Below are positions 28,870 to 39,048 of a DNA stretch of 64,000 nucleotides, piece after piece (the first letter of the stretch is position 1; each line of letters begins with the position of its first letter). The DNA comes from Candidatus Uhrbacteria bacterium (GTDB lineage: Bacteria > Patescibacteriota > Patescibacteriia > UBA9934), in the NCBI GenBank assembly GCA_003518105.1, contig DOZH01000008.1:122128-186127 (forward strand). The letters are read 5' to 3'. The position numbers and the translations under genes were made by a program. The notes under the pieces were generated by a model. That model saw only the letters and a list, made by a program, of their open reading frames with translations, was not told the origin of the DNA and made no database searches.

Positions 28870-29916
28870 CTAGCTCAGTAATTCATCTAACTTCGACATC
28901 TGCGCCAACCTCGTGAACTCAGCGAGCACTCGTTCCCTTCCCTTCTTTCCTTGCTGCGCGCCGAGTTCTCGATCGTTTACGTAGCCTTCGATGACTTTCG
29001 TTAACATCTCCACCGAGCCATCAATCAGCGTCCCCGTCCCTTCATCGATAACCGCCTCATCAACTCCCGGTGTGTTATTAGCAATCACGGGCAGTCCAAA
29101 CAACCCAGCCTCCAAATACACAATCCCAAACCCTTCTCTGTCCGTCACTGTCTTCTTAGCTGGCATGACAAACACATCAGCGTCATTATAAAATCGTACG
29201 AGGTCAGCGTTCTCAATGATACTGTGCACAGTTACACGGTTACGCAGCTCGAGCTCGTCTATCTTCTCTTCGATGACACTTTTAAATGGTCCGTCACCTA
29301 CAATATCATACCTAACCGCAGGCAAGTTCTTGATCGCTTCCAACACCAACAAATGACCCTTTCGTTCCACCAATCTAGCCACCGTCAACAGCCGCAGCCC
29401 AGTTCTAGCCTCACCTACCGCCGAGTCCGAGCCTCGATTATCATTCCCCTCATCGATTACCTCTGCACTCTTCACCATCTCATCGGCAATACATGGATAA
29501 ACAACTAGCGGCTCAACCCCTGGCACAAACTCCGTCACCTCGCTGGCCAAGGCTTGTGAGTTCGTCACCACCTTCTTGGCGAGTCGCAATATTCTCTTCG
29601 TTAACTCCCTCCGCACTATTCCCTGCCGAGCCAGGTCGAAATCGAGTCCGTGCAGAAAGATGACGTACGGCTTACCGCCAAGTAACTTTGCCGCCAACGC
29701 TGCGGTACCAAACGGCAACACATGATGGATCCACAACTGATCGTAATCTGCACGACCTTGCCAGTACAGAGAAAAGAGTTCGTTATAACTTGGCATGACG
29801 TCAAACGCCGTGACTTCGACGTTGCCCGGGAAAGTCTGCTTGATAGCCTCAATATAGCGCGCGACTCCGCCCTTGAATCCTGGAGCCTCAATTGTCGGCA
29901 AGAGAATACGGGCCAT
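28870..29916 (-). CDS. GT4 glycosyltransferase
   Basis: GGVARY, ARLVERKG and EGFGIVYLEA motifs. Confidence 0.92.
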   Translation of the reverse strand: MARILLPTIEAPGFKGGVARYIEAIKQTFPGNVEVTAFDVMPSYNELFSLYWQGRADYDQLWIHHVLPFGTAALAAKLLGGKPYVIFLHGLDFDLARQGIVRRELTKRILRLAKKVVTNSQALASEVTEFVPGVEPLVVYPCIADEMVKSAEVIDEGNDNRGSDSAVGEARTGLRLLTVARLVERKGHLLVLEAIKNLPAVRYDIVGDGPFKSVIEEKIDELELRNRVTVHSIIENADLVRFYNDADVFVMPAKKTVTDREGFGIVYLEAGLFGLPVIANNTPGVDEAVIDEGTGTLIDGSVEMLTKVIEGYVNDRELGAQQGKKGRERVLAEFTRLAQMSKLDELLS

Positions 29917-29917
29917 A

Positions 29918-31348
29918 TTAGCGTCGACGAAGAATCTGGCGGAAGGAATGGAGGTGCTCCACGGTGAAAGCTCGGCTAGCAAAGATACAAATAACGTAGA
30001 CGAGGCCACCAATTATCATCGACGCTACAAAAGGAACGTGGGATTTGATGACGAAAACGACGAGTGCCATGAACAGACCAGATAAATAAAAGCCCCCGAC
30101 ACTCTTAATCAGCTCGATAAACTTGAGTGAGGCAATGGGGGCGGCAAAATACCAGCCAACGGAAAACATGACGACAAAGGAGATTATGGCGGCTACACAG
30201 GCGCCAGCAATGCCGAGGATTGGAATAAGGATGAGATTGGCCACTACGTTGATGACCATGACGCTGCCCATGATGGCAGTTTTGATATGTTGGCGACGAG
30301 TGGCGTTGAGCAGCGACCCGATCGGGAAGTCGAGGAAAATTGGTAAGAGCACGAAGATGAGAATCGACAAGGGAATGGCGGCACTCGCGTAGTCATGGTT
30401 AAAATAACTAATAATTTCTGGAGCTAACGACCAAATACCAAAAACGATCGGGGCCGCCAAAAGCGAGACATACCACTCAGCGTCAAGAAAAATCTTTTTT
30501 AGTTGAGCGGGATTATCCGCGGCTGCACTCATGGTTGGATACAGAGCACCAATAAAGGCCAGCGGCAAAAACTGAAAAGCGTAAGTCAACTTATAAGCCA
30601 CACCGTAAACCCCCACCGCTGCTTGACCGAGAATAGCGTTCAAGACGAAGCTATCAAAATAGGAGTAGATTTTGACGAAAACGGCGGCCAGAAAGAACGG
30701 AAAAGCCATGCGGAGGAGGACCGTGTCGAAAGAAACTTTGGGAAGAAGCGACCTGCAGCCGAGGCGGCGAGCCACCTGGTAGGCGGAAAAGAAGAGGTTG
30801 AAGGTGCTGCCGAGGGTGAGGGCCAGAACTAGTGTCGGCAAGGTGGCGGTGTGGGTGATGATGAGAACAAGGCCGAGGACCGTGGACAATAACTGACCAG
30901 AGAAAATACCGAGTGACTCGTAGGCCAGATTTTGCAGGCCGCGCAAGACGCTGTAGAAAGTCAGCGACAAGGTGTCCGCAATCATAATGCCGAGCGCTAA
31001 AAGCACAAGCATCTGCACCTGCTCAGTGTAGCCGACAACAGCCGGAAGAATGAAAGCGATAGTAATGGAGCACGGAATAGTGAAGAGCTTGAAACCCAGA
31101 ATGCTGCGCAGCCACCTGGTTGCCTCACTTGGTGTGCGGGCTACTTCACGCGTCAACACGGAGGTGAGGCCGATATCGTCCAGCACGCCAATAGTCGTCA
31201 CCATGCCGAGAGCCAAGAAGTACGCGCCATTGCCGCTACTCCCCAGATAATTCGCTAAAATAGCAAAATAGGCAAAAGCTATGCACTTCTGCCCAATACT
31301 CGCCGCTGTCAAAAACAGGGTATTTTTAGCTAGTTTACTGGTGGTCAT
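29918..31348 (-). CDS. Wzx-like polysaccharide flippase
   Basis: LAKNTLFL N-terminus, 12-14 TM segments, D.GL and G.Y.VAY motifs. Confidence 0.85.
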   Translation of the reverse strand: MTTSKLAKNTLFLTAASIGQKCIAFAYFAILANYLGSSGNGAYFLALGMVTTIGVLDDIGLTSVLTREVARTPSEATRWLRSILGFKLFTIPCSITIAFILPAVVGYTEQVQMLVLLALGIMIADTLSLTFYSVLRGLQNLAYESLGIFSGQLLSTVLGLVLIITHTATLPTLVLALTLGSTFNLFFSAYQVARRLGCRSLLPKVSFDTVLLRMAFPFFLAAVFVKIYSYFDSFVLNAILGQAAVGVYGVAYKLTYAFQFLPLAFIGALYPTMSAAADNPAQLKKIFLDAEWYVSLLAAPIVFGIWSLAPEIISYFNHDYASAAIPLSILIFVLLPIFLDFPIGSLLNATRRQHIKTAIMGSVMVINVVANLILIPILGIAGACVAAIISFVVMFSVGWYFAAPIASLKFIELIKSVGGFYLSGLFMALVVFVIKSHVPFVASMIIGGLVYVICIFASRAFTVEHLHSFRQILRRR

Positions 31349-31431
31349 GTGGCTTAATAGTACCCCGAATTAGCGATGTTTACAAACAAAAATCCCCCAC
31401 TTGCGTGAGAGATCCTTGCTGGATAAGCGAA

Positions 31432-31827
31432 TTAACGCTTGCGCCACTGTGGTGAACGGCGAGCACCATGCTTACCGAACTTCTTGCGCTCCTTCTTGCG
31501 AGGGTCGCGGGTCAAGAGGCTCTGAGCCTTCAAGGTTGCCTTGAGGGCTTCGTCCATCATGACGAGGGCGCGAGCAATACCGAGCTTTACGGCGTCGGAC
31601 TGACCGGTTGGACCACCACCGACGGTCTTGACGGTGACGTCCATGCTGGTCAAGTTACCCGTTTCCTTGAGTGGGCGCTCAACAGAGGCCTGCAAAGTTG
31701 GGGTGGTGAAGAACTCCTGATATGGTTTACCGTTGACGGTGATCTTACCGCTACCAGCTGGGTACAAGCGCACCTGAGCTACTGCAGTCTTACGACGACC
31801 GACGGATTGGAAATACTTTTCAGCCAT
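31432..31827 (-). CDS. rpsI: 30S ribosomal protein S9
   Basis: GRRKTAVA and LLTRDPRKKERKK motifs. Confidence 0.98.
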   Translation of the reverse strand: MAEKYFQSVGRRKTAVAQVRLYPAGSGKITVNGKPYQEFFTTPTLQASVERPLKETGNLTSMDVTVKTVGGGPTGQSDAVKLGIARALVMMDEALKATLKAQSLLTRDPRKKERKKFGKHGARRSPQWRKR

Positions 31828-31828
31828 A

Positions 31829-32197
31829 TTAGGAAATTGACAACCGCTTCATGCGGTTCGTGCGGTGCTTGTTCTTTGGCAACATACGGGACACGGCAGC
31901 GCGGAGGACGGATGCTGGATCCTTTTCCCACATCACACGCATCGTGGTCTCGTGAATACCGCCTGGGTGACCACTGTGATGGAAGTACTTCTTATCTTCG
32001 TACTTTTTGCCCGTCACCTTGATTCCGGCGCAGTTGGTCACGACGACCAGGTTGCCAGCGTCCACGTTTGGCTGGTAAACAGCACTGGTCTTACCCATGA
32101 GGTTCATGGCAATTTGTGTTGCCAAGCGACCGAGGATTTTGCCAGTAGCGTCGAAGGCCACCGTCTTACGGACTGGATTGATTATTGTGTTTGCCAT
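31829..32197 (-). CDS. rplM: 50S ribosomal protein L13
   Basis: DATGKILGRLA, HSGHPGG and RMLPKN motifs. Confidence 0.97.
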   Translation of the reverse strand: MANTIINPVRKTVAFDATGKILGRLATQIAMNLMGKTSAVYQPNVDAGNLVVVTNCAGIKVTGKKYEDKKYFHHSGHPGGIHETTMRVMWEKDPASVLRAAVSRMLPKNKHRTNRMKRLSIS

Positions 32198-32199
32198 AT

Positions 32200-32550
32200 T
32201 TAGACGAATTCGATGAGCGCCAAGTCAGCTGCATCACCCTTACGAGCACCGAGTTTGGTGATTCGTGTATAACCGCCGGTGCGAGTTAGGAAACGAGGAC
32301 CAAGAACTTCGAGCAACTTCTTCACTGGCTGTTCAGTCGTGAAGTAGCCGAGCAAGGCGCGGCGAGTAGCTAGGTCGTTCTTGCGGGCCATGGTGACCAA
32401 CTTCTCCACCGCTGGACGAGCATACTTAGCACGAGCGATGGTCGTTTCAATCTTTTCATAAGTGATAAGACTGGTGACCAAGTCGCGTAACATTGCTTTG
32501 CGGCCAGAGGTATGGCGACTAAATGTTTTCTTATTTTTACGATGTCGCAT
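32200..32550 (-). CDS. rplQ: 50S ribosomal protein L17
   Basis: MRHR and GGYTRI motifs. Confidence 0.97.
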   Translation of the reverse strand: MRHRKNKKTFSRHTSGRKAMLRDLVTSLITYEKIETTIARAKYARPAVEKLVTMARKNDLATRRALLGYFTTEQPVKKLLEVLGPRFLTRTGGYTRITKLGARKGDAADLALIEFV

Positions 32551-32555
32551 ACGTG

Positions 32556-33299
32556 TTAGCCTTCGGCCGAAGCATCAGATGCTTTCGCGATCTGCTCGGT
32601 GAGTGAGGCGTGGCTAAGCTGGCTTTGAATCCAGGTGAAGTGATTGAGAAGAATTTTGGTGGCGTGTTCCACGGCTTCTTGGGCCGTCACTGTACCATCA
32701 GTAATGATGTTCATGATGACCTTGTCGTAGTTGGTGATTTCACCAACTCGGGTGTTTTCAATGCGGATACCACACTGACGAACTGGGCTGAACATGGCGT
32801 CAACGCCGATCATACCAATTTCCGTGTTAGGTACTTCGCGCTCTTCGGTTGGCATGTAACCGCGGCCCCGGGAGACCACAATGTCCATTTCGAAATTAAT
32901 ACTGTCAGTCAAGGTACAAAGGACCAAATCCGGATTCATGATTTCCACGTCAGCGTTGGCTGAAATGTCAGCCGCTGTGATGACGCCAGGCTTGTTAGCT
33001 GTTACTTTCAAGGTTACCGGCTCTTCCGAGTGGACCTTCAAGCGCAACTGCTTCAAGTTCAACATGATTTCCAAACCGTCTTCTTTGACACCAGTGATGG
33101 CGGCAAACTCATGCTGCACACCCTTGATCTTCATGGCCGTAACTGCGGCACCAGGCAAAGACGAGAGCAATACGCGGCGGAGTGCATTACCAACTGTCGT
33201 ACCGTAACCGTGATGGAGAGGCTCGATAGTGAGAATAGCTTCGTGCTCGTGTTCCCCTGCAGTGAAGTACATCTTTGACGGTAGAAGAATGTTCTCCAT
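32556..33299 (-). CDS. rpoA: RNA polymerase alpha subunit lacking the alpha-CTD
   Basis: EPLHHGYGTTVGNALRRVLLSS; only 247 aa. Confidence 0.96.
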   Translation of the reverse strand: MENILLPSKMYFTAGEHEHEAILTIEPLHHGYGTTVGNALRRVLLSSLPGAAVTAMKIKGVQHEFAAITGVKEDGLEIMLNLKQLRLKVHSEEPVTLKVTANKPGVITAADISANADVEIMNPDLVLCTLTDSINFEMDIVVSRGRGYMPTEEREVPNTEIGMIGVDAMFSPVRQCGIRIENTRVGEITNYDKVIMNIITDGTVTAQEAVEHATKILLNHFTWIQSQLSHASLTEQIAKASDASAEG

Positions 33300-33311
33300 A
33301 GGATAATGGGA

Positions 33312-33935
33312 TTAGCGCATCGAGTAAAACTCGACGATTAGCTTAGGATCAAACACTTCCTTAAGGTCCTCGCCTGCCGGAATGCTGACCACTTTGCCCA
33401 CATTGTTTTCCATATGGAGCCAACCAGGAACGGTGGTGGTCTTCAAACGATCACTCAAGTCGCTGAATACTTTCTTTTCCTTCTTGTTCTCGCGGAGGCC
33501 GACGACGTCACCGACACGGACCTGATATGAAGGAATGTTGACCTTGATACCGTTGACCGTGAACATGCCGTGGCTAACCATCTGACGAGCCTGTGGACGA
33601 GTCTTGGCAAAGCCGAGACGGAAGGCTGTGTTGTCCAAGCGGAGCTCGAGCAAACGGCACAACTGTTCACCGGTGTTACCTTCCATCTTCTCCGCTTTAG
33701 CGAAGTAGTTACGGAACTGACGCTCCATCATGCCGTACAAACGCTTGGCCTTTTGCTTCTCACGCAACTGCTGGCCGTAGACCGACAAGCGTGATGGGCG
33801 ACCCATGTTCTTCTTGCCGTGCACACCAGGTGGGTATGGACGCTTCTGCATGAGTTTTAAGATGCTGGAACTCGTGGAAAGTGGGACGCCTTCACGACGA
33901 CTCATTTTGCCGAGCTTATTTAATGTTTTTCCCAT
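33312..33935 (-). CDS. rpsD: 30S ribosomal protein S4
   Basis: LREKQK, LELRLDN and ARQMVSHG motifs. Confidence 0.98.
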   Translation of the reverse strand: MGKTLNKLGKMSRREGVPLSTSSSILKLMQKRPYPPGVHGKKNMGRPSRLSVYGQQLREKQKAKRLYGMMERQFRNYFAKAEKMEGNTGEQLCRLLELRLDNTAFRLGFAKTRPQARQMVSHGMFTVNGIKVNIPSYQVRVGDVVGLRENKKEKKVFSDLSDRLKTTTVPGWLHMENNVGKVVSIPAGEDLKEVFDPKLIVEFYSMR

Positions 33936-33938
33936 AGA

Positions 33939-34379
33939 TTACATGCGACGTGCTCGACGTGGACGGCAGCCGTTGTGGGCTACTGGCGTCAAGTCGTTGA
34001 TCGAGAGAACGTTGAAACCGTTGCCGTTCAAAGCGCGCAAGGCTCCGTCACGGCCGTTGCCGATACCGCTGACGAAAACGTGAATGTCTTTGAGTCCGTA
34101 CACTGCGCTAGCCTCGGCAATCTTTTTGACGATGACACTGGCGGCGTATGGGGTGGCCTTCTTCGGACCTTTGAAACCACAGTTACCGGCGCTTGACCAG
34201 GTGACAGTGTTACCGTTTGGATCCGTCAAAGTTACGATAGTGTTGTTAAAGCTGGCTTGGATGTAAGCGCGGCCCTGGGGAATGGTGCGCATCACGCGCT
34301 TCTTACCCTTAGCTGTGCGGAGCGTCTTGTCGGCCTTTCCTTTGGCTACTGGAGCCTCTTTGATAATTTCTTCAGTCAT
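33939..34379 (-). CDS. rpsK: 30S ribosomal protein S11
   Basis: ASFNNTIVT and HNGCRP motifs. Confidence 0.98.
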   Translation of the reverse strand: MTEEIIKEAPVAKGKADKTLRTAKGKKRVMRTIPQGRAYIQASFNNTIVTLTDPNGNTVTWSSAGNCGFKGPKKATPYAASVIVKKIAEASAVYGLKDIHVFVSGIGNGRDGALRALNGNGFNVLSINDLTPVAHNGCRPRRARRM

Positions 34380-34387
34380 AGCAGGGC

Positions 34388-34774
34388 TTAGGTCTTGGTT
34401 AACATGCGGCGACCACTTCCGGCCGTCTTACGAACGTTGCCACGTACTGTACGTGAGTTCGACTTGGTACGTTGACCACGAACCGGCAAACCCTTGGTGT
34501 GACGGGAACCGCGGTAAGAACCAATGTCCTTCAGGCGCTTGATGTGGCCCATGACTTCGCGACGCAATTCACCTTCAACGCGGAATTCCTTTTCCACAAT
34601 CGTGCGGATGGCGTTTTCCTCATCTGGGGTCAAATCCTTAACGCGAGTTTCTGGACTTACCTTCGAGCGGGTAAGAATGTCAGCTGCACGGGTCTCACCT
34701 ACTCCAAAAATGTATTGGAGGGCAATGACGATGCGCTTGTTGTTTGGGAGTGTTACTCCAGCAATACGTGCCAT
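34388..34774 (-). CDS. rpsM: 30S ribosomal protein S13
   Basis: MARIAGV and GLPVRGQRT motifs. Confidence 0.98.
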   Translation of the reverse strand: MARIAGVTLPNNKRIVIALQYIFGVGETRAADILTRSKVSPETRVKDLTPDEENAIRTIVEKEFRVEGELRREVMGHIKRLKDIGSYRGSRHTKGLPVRGQRTKSNSRTVRGNVRKTAGSGRRMLTKT

Positions 34775-34777
34775 AGA

Positions 34778-34894
34778 CTAACCTTGACGTTGTTTATGCT
34801 TCGGACTCTTGGGACAAATGACGTGAACTCGACCTTGGCGGCGAACCACCTGGCAGTCGCGACACATCGGCTTCACTGATGCACGAACTTTCAT
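34778..34894 (-). CDS. rpmJ: 50S ribosomal protein L36 (zinc-binding type)
   Basis: Manual translation [38 protein letters not shown]; too short for the ORF track. Confidence 0.97.
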   Translation of the reverse strand: MKVRASVKPMCRDCQVVRRQGRVHVICPKSPKHKQRQG

Positions 34895-34994
34895 ACGCAA
34901 ATTAATTGACGAACTAGTTCTTAACTGTGTCTTACGACAAAATCATCCGGCAAACGGGGGATGATTTTGACGAAGGATGTCATGCCTTTACCGC

Positions 34995-35210
34995 CTAGAA
35001 ACGGAAAGTGATGCGTCCTTTTGTGAGATCATACGGACTGATCTCAACTTTGACATCGTCACCTGGCAGGATACGAATGCGATTTTGGCGCATCTTACCC
35101 GACAAGTGAGCGAGAATCTCTTGGTCGTTCTCGAGGGTTACTCGGAACGAGCCTGCAGGTAGGGCCTCCATGACCTCTCCCCGCATCTCAATAAACTGCT
35201 TTTCTACCAT
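34995..35210 (-). CDS. infA: Translation initiation factor IF-1
   Basis: [29 protein letters not shown]. Confidence 0.98.
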   Translation of the reverse strand: MVEKQFIEMRGEVMEALPAGSFRVTLENDQEILAHLSGKMRQNRIRILPGDDVKVEISPYDLTKGRITFRF

Positions 35211-35307
35211 AGTGTAGCGGGACTATAGCAAATCTTCGCTATCTTTGCAAGAAAAGCTTGGTTTCTTGAGTTGGCGCAATGGTACTTCATGTAATGTTTA
35301 GTGTCAA

Positions 35308-36153
35308 TTATTTAGCCTTTTTAGACTTGAAGATGTTTCTTAGATCTTTTATATTGTCCCATACGGACTTTACTGGGCGTAGTTCGTTGGCTGGCTCCGC
35401 AGTTTTTGCAGCTCTAAGCTCTAATGGTAAAGCTGGTGGTCGAGCCCCTTCTTTATTCACAACCAAACGCTTGAAATCTGCAAAAGTATTAATTTTGATT
35501 ATATTTGGAAAGCCCTCCATACCTGCTCTACCCTGCATTTTAGTGTTCAGAGCCCAGTAATCCTTAAAAGCCTGGTAACGATCTTCTGGCGTCATTTGCT
35601 CATTTTCAACCTCCGCCATCAACCGACGTTTTTCCAAATTCTGTGCGTCCCTCTCTCGCCTATCAGGACTAAGACTTGGTCTTGACATAGCCCTCAACTC
35701 ATCCTCCTCAACTAATTCAGATTCTGGCACTGGCTCAGGCTCACCTCGCAATTGACGCAATTTCTGGCTTGCCCTCGCTCTATCTCTTGTCACTAGAGCC
35801 TTATCTGCCCTCGAAGTTTTCCTCAGGCTCTCATTGTGAAGTTTGTCAGCGTCTGCCCACAAGTTGAATTCCATTAAACTCAATTCCTTATCAACAGATG
35901 GCAAATGAGGCGATACTTCCAAGCCACCACCTCCAGCTAAAGCCGCCTGTCTGTATACGACGTAGGCATCGTAGCGCTCCTCCAGTGGCGATGCCTCATT
36001 CAAAATCTTATTTGCTGCCTCCATCTTCACTGCCTTCCACTTTTGCTCATTTTCTCGCCGACTTGCCCTCGCCTCTTTCTCCGCTGGTGACAATTCATGA
36101 TACGTTCCTGGAAGCTCACCTCGCTGAGTCTTGCTCATTACATCATTAGCCAT
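35308..36153 (-). CDS. Charged hypothetical protein with basic amphipathic C-terminus
   Basis: 281 aa, E/R/K-rich; ends VWDNIKDLRNIFKSKKAK. Confidence 0.65.
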   Translation of the reverse strand: MANDVMSKTQRGELPGTYHELSPAEKEARASRRENEQKWKAVKMEAANKILNEASPLEERYDAYVVYRQAALAGGGGLEVSPHLPSVDKELSLMEFNLWADADKLHNESLRKTSRADKALVTRDRARASQKLRQLRGEPEPVPESELVEEDELRAMSRPSLSPDRRERDAQNLEKRRLMAEVENEQMTPEDRYQAFKDYWALNTKMQGRAGMEGFPNIIKINTFADFKRLVVNKEGARPPALPLELRAAKTAEPANELRPVKSVWDNIKDLRNIFKSKKAK

Positions 36154-36170
36154 ATTCGATAATTAATATC

Positions 36171-36509
36171 TTATTCTCCCCCACCAAACATCTTCGCCCA
36201 CCAACCCCTAATACCCTTACTTACTCTCTTTTCTTCAACAGCTGGCGAGAACGTCGGCAAATCTCCGGTGTCAAATGTATCCTCAGCCCTGTGCGCCTCA
36301 CCTGGTGGAGCCTGATCGATACCCTGCCGGATAACTCTCGCCTTAGCTGCTTCTAATCTCGCCATAGCTATCTCTGCGTATGGTTGTTTGGTGGGCTTTT
36401 TATCGGGAATCACCTCAAACTCTCCTCTATAGCCAGGCAGATCTGCCCTACCCTTATTCACCCGTTCAGTAGACACTCTCTCTCGCTGCGACAAAATATC
36501 ATCTTCCAT
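36171..36509 (-). CDS. Charged hypothetical protein with basic amphipathic C-terminus
   Basis: 112 aa; ends KGIRGWWAKMFGGGE. Confidence 0.65.
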   Translation of the reverse strand: MEDDILSQRERVSTERVNKGRADLPGYRGEFEVIPDKKPTKQPYAEIAMARLEAAKARVIRQGIDQAPPGEAHRAEDTFDTGDLPTFSPAVEEKRVSKGIRGWWAKMFGGGE

Positions 36510-36517
36510 AAGTCTTA

Positions 36518-37198
36518 TTATTTACTCTCTCCCCTGCCAAACATCTTCCTAAACCAACCCTTAATCCCTTCAATTAATCCTTTACCCGGCTTACGTTCAC
36601 CATTACCACTATAACTTTTCTCACTGCTATAGCTTTCTGACGAAATGCTAGATGATCTCTTAGCTGCATTAGCTAACTTGCCGATTTCTTTCTTCTTAAC
36701 GACTATTTTCTCTGCCTTGTTCTGCACCAGAGGTCTTTCAGTTTCATCATCTTCAAATGACTCAATCTCTCCACCTATATTCTCGTCATCTACAGCTTCC
36801 AATTCAGCATAGGCCTCCATTACTCCTTGACCGACAAAATCACGATCTTGATCAATTGCGTCAGCTATTCTTTCTTGTTCATAAGCTGCTTGATCCTGCT
36901 TTATCTGTTCGATAGTCTTTTGCAACTGCTCGGATTCCTGCCAAGCTTCTACACCCTCCTCGTCATACGCTTGGAACCTTTCTCTAGTAACCCAATCCTT
37001 TTTCTTCTTACCGCGTAATTTATCTAATTTTAAAGCAGCCTCAAAACGCTGCTCAAACGTCGAAGTCGCATAATCATGTGCTTGGTCCTCAGCATCATCG
37101 AGGTTATCCTGTAATTCTTGAGCTCTTTGTTCTCTTTCGGATCGAACTCTTTTTAAAGAATCAATCGGATGCAACATCGAATTAAGCATATCCCCCAT
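36518..37198 (-). CDS. Charged coiled-coil hypothetical protein with basic amphipathic C-terminus
   Basis: 226 aa; ends KGLIEGIKGWFRKMFGRGESK. Confidence 0.65.
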   Translation of the reverse strand: MGDMLNSMLHPIDSLKRVRSEREQRAQELQDNLDDAEDQAHDYATSTFEQRFEAALKLDKLRGKKKKDWVTRERFQAYDEEGVEAWQESEQLQKTIEQIKQDQAAYEQERIADAIDQDRDFVGQGVMEAYAELEAVDDENIGGEIESFEDDETERPLVQNKAEKIVVKKKEIGKLANAAKRSSSISSESYSSEKSYSGNGERKPGKGLIEGIKGWFRKMFGRGESK

Positions 37199-37209
37199 TA
37201 TATCACACC

Positions 37210-38988
37210 CTACGCTCCCAACACCGCTTTAATTCTTCTCACACCCGCTGACACCGCTTCCTCCTTAACAATCTTAAAACCGCCGAGTTCACCAGTGTGC
37301 TCAACGTGCGGGCCGCCGCAAATTTCTTTGCTGTAATCACCTACAAAGTAAACCTTAATCTTACCGCCGACGCTGGCGTACTTATCTTCAAACAAGCCGA
37401 TGGCACCGCGAGCCTTGGCTTCTTCCACGCTCAACAACTCAAACTTTACTGGCATATCCTTCTTAATCTGTTCGTTGACGATAGCCTCAACCTGGGCGAT
37501 TTGTTCAGGCGTCATCTTCTCACCATGGCTAAAATCGAACCTCATGCGTTCGGCCGTAATATTGCTCCCCTTCTGGCCGACGTGGTCACCTAGGACGTCG
37601 CGTAACGCTTGCTGCAACAAATGGGTCGCTGTATGCAACCGCGTAGTTTCCACCGAATGGTCGGCCAACCCACCAGCAAACTTCTGTTCAGCACCACTAC
37701 GAGATAAATCTTGATGTTTCTTAAACTCACCTGCAAAAACTTCACGGTCCACCTGTTGACCTTGCTCGGCCGCCAACTCCTGCGTCACCTCCAGTGGGAA
37801 ACCAAATGACTGGTATAAGTTGAAGGCATCTTCACCTGAGATACTCTTTGTCTTATCCCAAACTTTTTGAAACTCACGAAGTCCTTGCGCCAGCGTCTTT
37901 TCGAATTTCTTCGCCTCGTCGTCGATAGCCGTGGCAATCGCGGCTTTCTTTTCGACGAGCATTGGATATGATTCGCCAAGTGAGCTGACTACTTCATCGA
38001 TAACCGCAGCAATCATTTTGCTGCTTTCAATATTGAGCTTACGACCATGCCTAATTGCCCGACGAACCAAACGGCGCAAAATGTAACCCTGATCTTTATT
38101 AGCTGGCAGTACACCGTCCATCACCATGATCGACGCAGCTCGAATATGGTCCGCAATAATGCGCATCGACTTCATGGTCTCAGCGTCCGCGGCATATGCC
38201 TTACTAGACAGTTCTTCCAACTTCTTTAGAATATCAACGAACAATTCGGTTTGATAAACATTTGACCTGTGTTGCAAGGCCACAATCGTCCGCTCCAGGC
38301 CCATGCCAGTGTCCACGCTGCCTTTGGCGAAAGGTAAGAGTGTGCCGTCCTCCTGCTTATTGAACTGCATGAAAACGTTGTTCCAAATTTCCATCCAGCG
38401 TTTATCCGTTGGGTCGTAGACGGCAGGTGGCTCTTCCGCACTCGTCCAATAGAAGATTTCTGTGTCAGGGCCGCACGGTCCGGTTTTTCCGGCTGGTCCC
38501 CACCAGTTGTCCTCTTTGCCGAGTTTAGCGATGCGTTCTGGGGCGATGCCGAGACCTAGCCACTTGTCGTAAGCCTCTTGGTCAAACGGGGCGTTGGCGT
38601 CGCCTTCAAAAACGGTGAACGATAGATGCGAGAGTGGAATGTTCAACCACTCCGCCGAGGTTAGAAACTCATAACTCCAACTGATGGATTCTTGCTTGAA
38701 ATAATCGGCTAGCGACCAGTTGCCGAGCATGGTGAAAAAGGTGAGGTGCGTGTTATCGCCCACGTCGTCAATATCACCAGTGCGAATACAGCGCTGAAAG
38801 TCCACCAGGCGTTTGCCAGCTGGATGCGGTTCACCAAGTAAATACGGCACCAAGGGATGCATACCAGCAGTAGTAAACAAAACTGTTGGGTCATTCACCG
38901 GGACCACGGAGGCTGATTGAATTTCGGCGTGCCCCTTACTCTTAAAGAAATCTAGGTATTTTTGACGCAATTGATTGGCGGTAATCAT
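37210..38988 (-). CDS. alaS: Alanine--tRNA ligase, short form without C-Ala domain
   Basis: FTTAGM, DTGMGLER, HTATHLL, CGGPHV and GVRRI motifs; 592 aa. Confidence 0.97.
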   Translation of the reverse strand: MITANQLRQKYLDFFKSKGHAEIQSASVVPVNDPTVLFTTAGMHPLVPYLLGEPHPAGKRLVDFQRCIRTGDIDDVGDNTHLTFFTMLGNWSLADYFKQESISWSYEFLTSAEWLNIPLSHLSFTVFEGDANAPFDQEAYDKWLGLGIAPERIAKLGKEDNWWGPAGKTGPCGPDTEIFYWTSAEEPPAVYDPTDKRWMEIWNNVFMQFNKQEDGTLLPFAKGSVDTGMGLERTIVALQHRSNVYQTELFVDILKKLEELSSKAYAADAETMKSMRIIADHIRAASIMVMDGVLPANKDQGYILRRLVRRAIRHGRKLNIESSKMIAAVIDEVVSSLGESYPMLVEKKAAIATAIDDEAKKFEKTLAQGLREFQKVWDKTKSISGEDAFNLYQSFGFPLEVTQELAAEQGQQVDREVFAGEFKKHQDLSRSGAEQKFAGGLADHSVETTRLHTATHLLQQALRDVLGDHVGQKGSNITAERMRFDFSHGEKMTPEQIAQVEAIVNEQIKKDMPVKFELLSVEEAKARGAIGLFEDKYASVGGKIKVYFVGDYSKEICGGPHVEHTGELGGFKIVKEEAVSAGVRRIKAVLGA

Positions 38989-39014
38989 AGTGCACCGATT
39001 GTAGCTGAGCCAGG

Positions 39015-39048
39015 AAAAAAAGTCGACGCCCCCAGCTACGGGAGCGTC
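39015..39048 (-). terminator. Intrinsic terminator of ORF 39049..39555
   Basis: GACGCTCCC...GGGGCGTC hairpin followed by a T-run on the minus strand. Confidence 0.6.

Noticed and set aside
34938-34970. Hairpin CAAAATCATCC/GGATGATTTTG between infA and rpmJ as a novel RNA
   Set aside because: A single stem-loop in a ribosomal operon spacer is adequately explained as a terminator or processing signal.
37210-38988. AlaS as a truncated pseudogene
   Set aside because: The catalytic and editing motifs are intact and the stop is clean; the short form lacking C-Ala is a known variant.
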